Shown piece by piece: positions 24,976-26,783 of a DNA stretch of 26,783 nucleotides (the first letter of the stretch is position 1; the number at the start of each line of letters is the position of its first letter). The DNA is taken from contig DMKK01000244.1 of NCBI GenBank assembly GCA_003454335.1, positions 5,030 through 31,812 of the forward strand, written 5' to 3'. The notes under the pieces are model-generated. The model saw only the letters and a program-made list of their open reading frames with translations. It was not told the origin of the DNA and searched no databases. The DNA is from Gammaproteobacteria bacterium (lineage in GTDB: Bacteria > Pseudomonadota > Gammaproteobacteria > UBA9214). The position numbers were made by a program, and so were the translations under genes.

Positions 24976-25040
24976 GTGGAATATTGGCTGAAAAGATGGC
25001 TATGGATGCAGAACAAAATCAAGCTGAGTGCCAGTATTAT

Positions 25041-25103
25041 TTATTTAATGGCCACGAAATCCGTGGATTCCGTGGCAATAATATCTGTCTATATCAGCTT
25101 AAA
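25041..25103. repeat. Internally deleted copy of the 361-483 palindromic repeat
   Basis: Reverse complement shares TTTAA(C/G)CTGATATAGA, GCCACGGAATCCACGGA and CGTGGCCATT(T/A)AATAA with 361-483. Confidence 0.75.
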
Positions 25104-25109
25104 AGAATA

Positions 25110-25613
25110 CTAGTAACGCCCGTGTTCCCTGGCAATGTAATTGGTCAATTCCACCTGCTGTACATTCATATTCCGCAAGATACGGTGCACGGTACGGATA
25201 ATGGCACGCATGACCTTGTAGACCAGGTCCGGATCTTTATCCAGCAGACTCTCGAAACTGGTGCGGTCCAGCCGCAACAGTTCACAGTTGCCCATGGCAC
25301 GCAGGCCGGCAGAATGTTCCACACCGTCAATAAATCCCAGTTCGCCGAGTATGTCGCCTTCCCTGATGATCTGCAGACCAACGTATTCACCCTTACCCGT
25401 GTGCGTAACCACCTCCATATGGCCTTTCGCCAAAACATGTAGCGCCTCATCCTTTTGCCCTTCCTCGAGCAGAAAGGCCCGGTCCTTGATACCACAGGCG
25501 GTCATAACACTTGCCAGCAACTCACACTGCGCATCGCTGAGTTCATCGCCCAGGGGCGAGGCCTTGATGGCATCTATGCTGACAGCTATATCGGTGCATG
25601 CATTGTCGTTCAT
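25110..25613 (-). CDS. Stand-alone cyclic-nucleotide-binding domain protein
   Basis: L.V+..G.+EV, G..+GE+GF+DG..HSA.+RA, DP.L.YKVMRAI.R pattern; no HTH; GAGGA RBS before ATG 25613. Confidence 0.85.
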   Translation of the reverse strand: MNDNACTDIAVSIDAIKASPLGDELSDAQCELLASVMTACGIKDRAFLLEEGQKDEALHVLAKGHMEVVTHTGKGEYVGLQIIREGDILGELGFIDGVEHSAGLRAMGNCELLRLDRTSFESLLDKDPDLVYKVMRAIIRTVHRILRNMNVQQVELTNYIAREHGRY

Positions 25614-25641
25614 AATGGATTCCTCGCAGACACAGGCCTGC

Positions 25642-26181
25642 TTATGATGTTGTCGCTGAATGTGGCTTGCGGATCGCAACCACCTGCCGCAGCATGAGAC
25701 CGAGTATCAGCAACAGCCCGGTAGCGAAAAACAGGCCAGCCATATAGCCTGCGGCCGTGGCCGGTACCGGCATTTCCAGCATGTGGACAACGCCATGATA
25801 AACCGCAAACCCGCCAAAGAAAATATAGGCAACATACCGTGGCGCCGCAATGCTTGCAGCAACAAAGGCCACCGTCAGCAACACGATCAGGATGGTCGAT
25901 AACTGCAGTTGCGGATATAGCAAACAGCAGTAACCCAGCAGGATACCCCCCAGAAACAACGCCAGAAAATACATCACGTCCGGCACCCCGTGATCACCGG
26001 AACGTCCTGCCCAGAACCCGGCAACGACGACCATCAGCAGGTGGTCCAGACCGGTCACCGGGTGCATGAAGCCGTCAGCCAGTCCGGCAATATGGCCGGC
26101 ACCGGAATGCGCCAGGGCGAACGGGGAAATCAGTACAGTAATGAGTGCCAACAACACGGCAGACAGGGATCTCAATTGCAT
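25642..26181 (-). CDS. hupE: HupE/UreJ-family nickel transporter
   Basis: Signal ending ALAH; GF.HP+TGLDHLL.+V..G.WA; F..FA+.HG..H..E; GGAG RBS before ATG 26181. Confidence 0.92.
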   Translation of the reverse strand: MQLRSLSAVLLALITVLISPFALAHSGAGHIAGLADGFMHPVTGLDHLLMVVVAGFWAGRSGDHGVPDVMYFLALFLGGILLGYCCLLYPQLQLSTILIVLLTVAFVAASIAAPRYVAYIFFGGFAVYHGVVHMLEMPVPATAAGYMAGLFFATGLLLILGLMLRQVVAIRKPHSATTS

Positions 26182-26225
26182 AAAATAAACTCCGGTATTG
26201 CAGGTTAATTTACATGAAGGATAAT

Positions 26226-26783
26226 TCAACGCACTTTCACCTTGATCAACTCTTCACCATCCGGATCAGTCACATGCACCGCACAGGCAATACAGGGGTC
26301 AAAACTGTGGATGGTGCGCAGGATCTCGATCGGCTGCTTCGGATCATGCAGGGTATGGTTGTCCTGCAAGGCAGCCTCGTAGGCGCCTGGCTGTCCGTTC
26401 TGGTCGCGTGGCCCGGCATTCCAGGTACTGGGCACCACTGCCTGGTAATTCTTGATGATTTCATCCTCAATCACGATCCAGTGCGCCAGCCCGCCGCGCG
26501 GTGCCTCCATGAAACCCACACCCCGCGCCTGCTTCGGCCACGTTGAAGGGTCCCAGAGTTGTTCATTATGCGTCTTGGTATCACCGGCCTTGATATTGGC
26601 CACCAGATTGTTGTGCCAGGTCTGCATCATGTCAGCGATAATCTTGGTCTCCCCTCCACGTGCTGCAGTGCGACCCAGGGTCGAGAACAACGCATCCACG
26701 GGGACATCCAGCGTACTCAGCGTCATGCCAACCAGTTCCTTCGCCTGTTCATTACCACTGGCATACAGCATCAGCACCCGTGC
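26226..26783 (-). CDS. hynL: Group 1 [NiFe]-hydrogenase large subunit, C-terminal part (probably group 1e Isp-type); truncated by the window edge
   Basis: EAPRG.L.HW, VVPSTWN, L2 motif SFDPCIACAVH followed by a cleavable C-terminal extension; from memory it closely resembles the Allochromatium/Thiocapsa Hyn/Hyd large subunit. Confidence 0.9.
   Translation of the reverse strand, partial: ARVLMLYASGNEQAKELVGMTLSTLDVPVDALFSTLGRTAARGGETKIIADMMQTWHNNLVANIKAGDTKTHNEQLWDPSTWPKQARGVGFMEAPRGGLAHWIVIEDEIIKNYQAVVPSTWNAGPRDQNGQPGAYEAALQDNHTLHDPKQPIEILRTIHSFDPCIACAVHVTDPDGEELIKVKVR

Noticed and set aside
25009-25023. DNR box upstream of nnrS
   Set aside because: Only one half-site (TTGAT-TTTG-TTCTG on the minus strand)
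1-26783. tRNA, rRNA, integrase, transposase or selenocysteine read-through
   Set aside because: No cloverleaf or rRNA signatures, no recombinase/transposase motifs, and no TGA at a conserved Cys position with a continuing domain

Overview
Chromosomal segment, most likely from a marine gammaproteobacterial chemolithotroph (Chromatiales-like; inferred from protein families and codon style, not from a database search). It has five blocks. (1) 1-6551: the 3' part of a respiratory/heme-copper-oxidase accessory operon: heme o synthase, SCO, a cytochrome b-2x[4Fe-4S]-MvhD fusion and its small partner, hemerythrin, a membrane protein, and a 12-TM heme-copper-oxidase subunit I paralogue lacking the CuB His-His pair. 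A DUF420 gene converges on it. (2) 6648-11820: a Dnr-type Crp/Fnr regulator with two FNR/DNR boxes, a divergent HHE-hemerythrin/DUF2249/NnrS-like membrane protein trio, a methyltransferase and a Cys-rich protein. (3) about 11900-18650: an AT-richer accessory stretch with small hypothetical, Sel1, methyltransferase and HAF-repeat/PKD genes. Its non-coding DNA carries a probable three-hairpin sRNA, three PmrA/QseB-type boxes with identical promoter geometry, tandem NrdR-like boxes with no nrd gene, and a DARS-like DnaA-box cluster. (4) 18663-23782: truncated hemoglobin, a 1137-aa multidomain secreted multicopper oxidase, a lipoprotein and a rhomboid. (5) 23779-26783 (minus strand): the end of a group 1 (probably 1e/Isp-type) [NiFe]-hydrogenase large subunit, then hupE, a cNMP-binding protein and nnrS. 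No rRNA, tRNA, CRISPR array, integrase or transposase was seen. All family calls come from motif recognition by eye.
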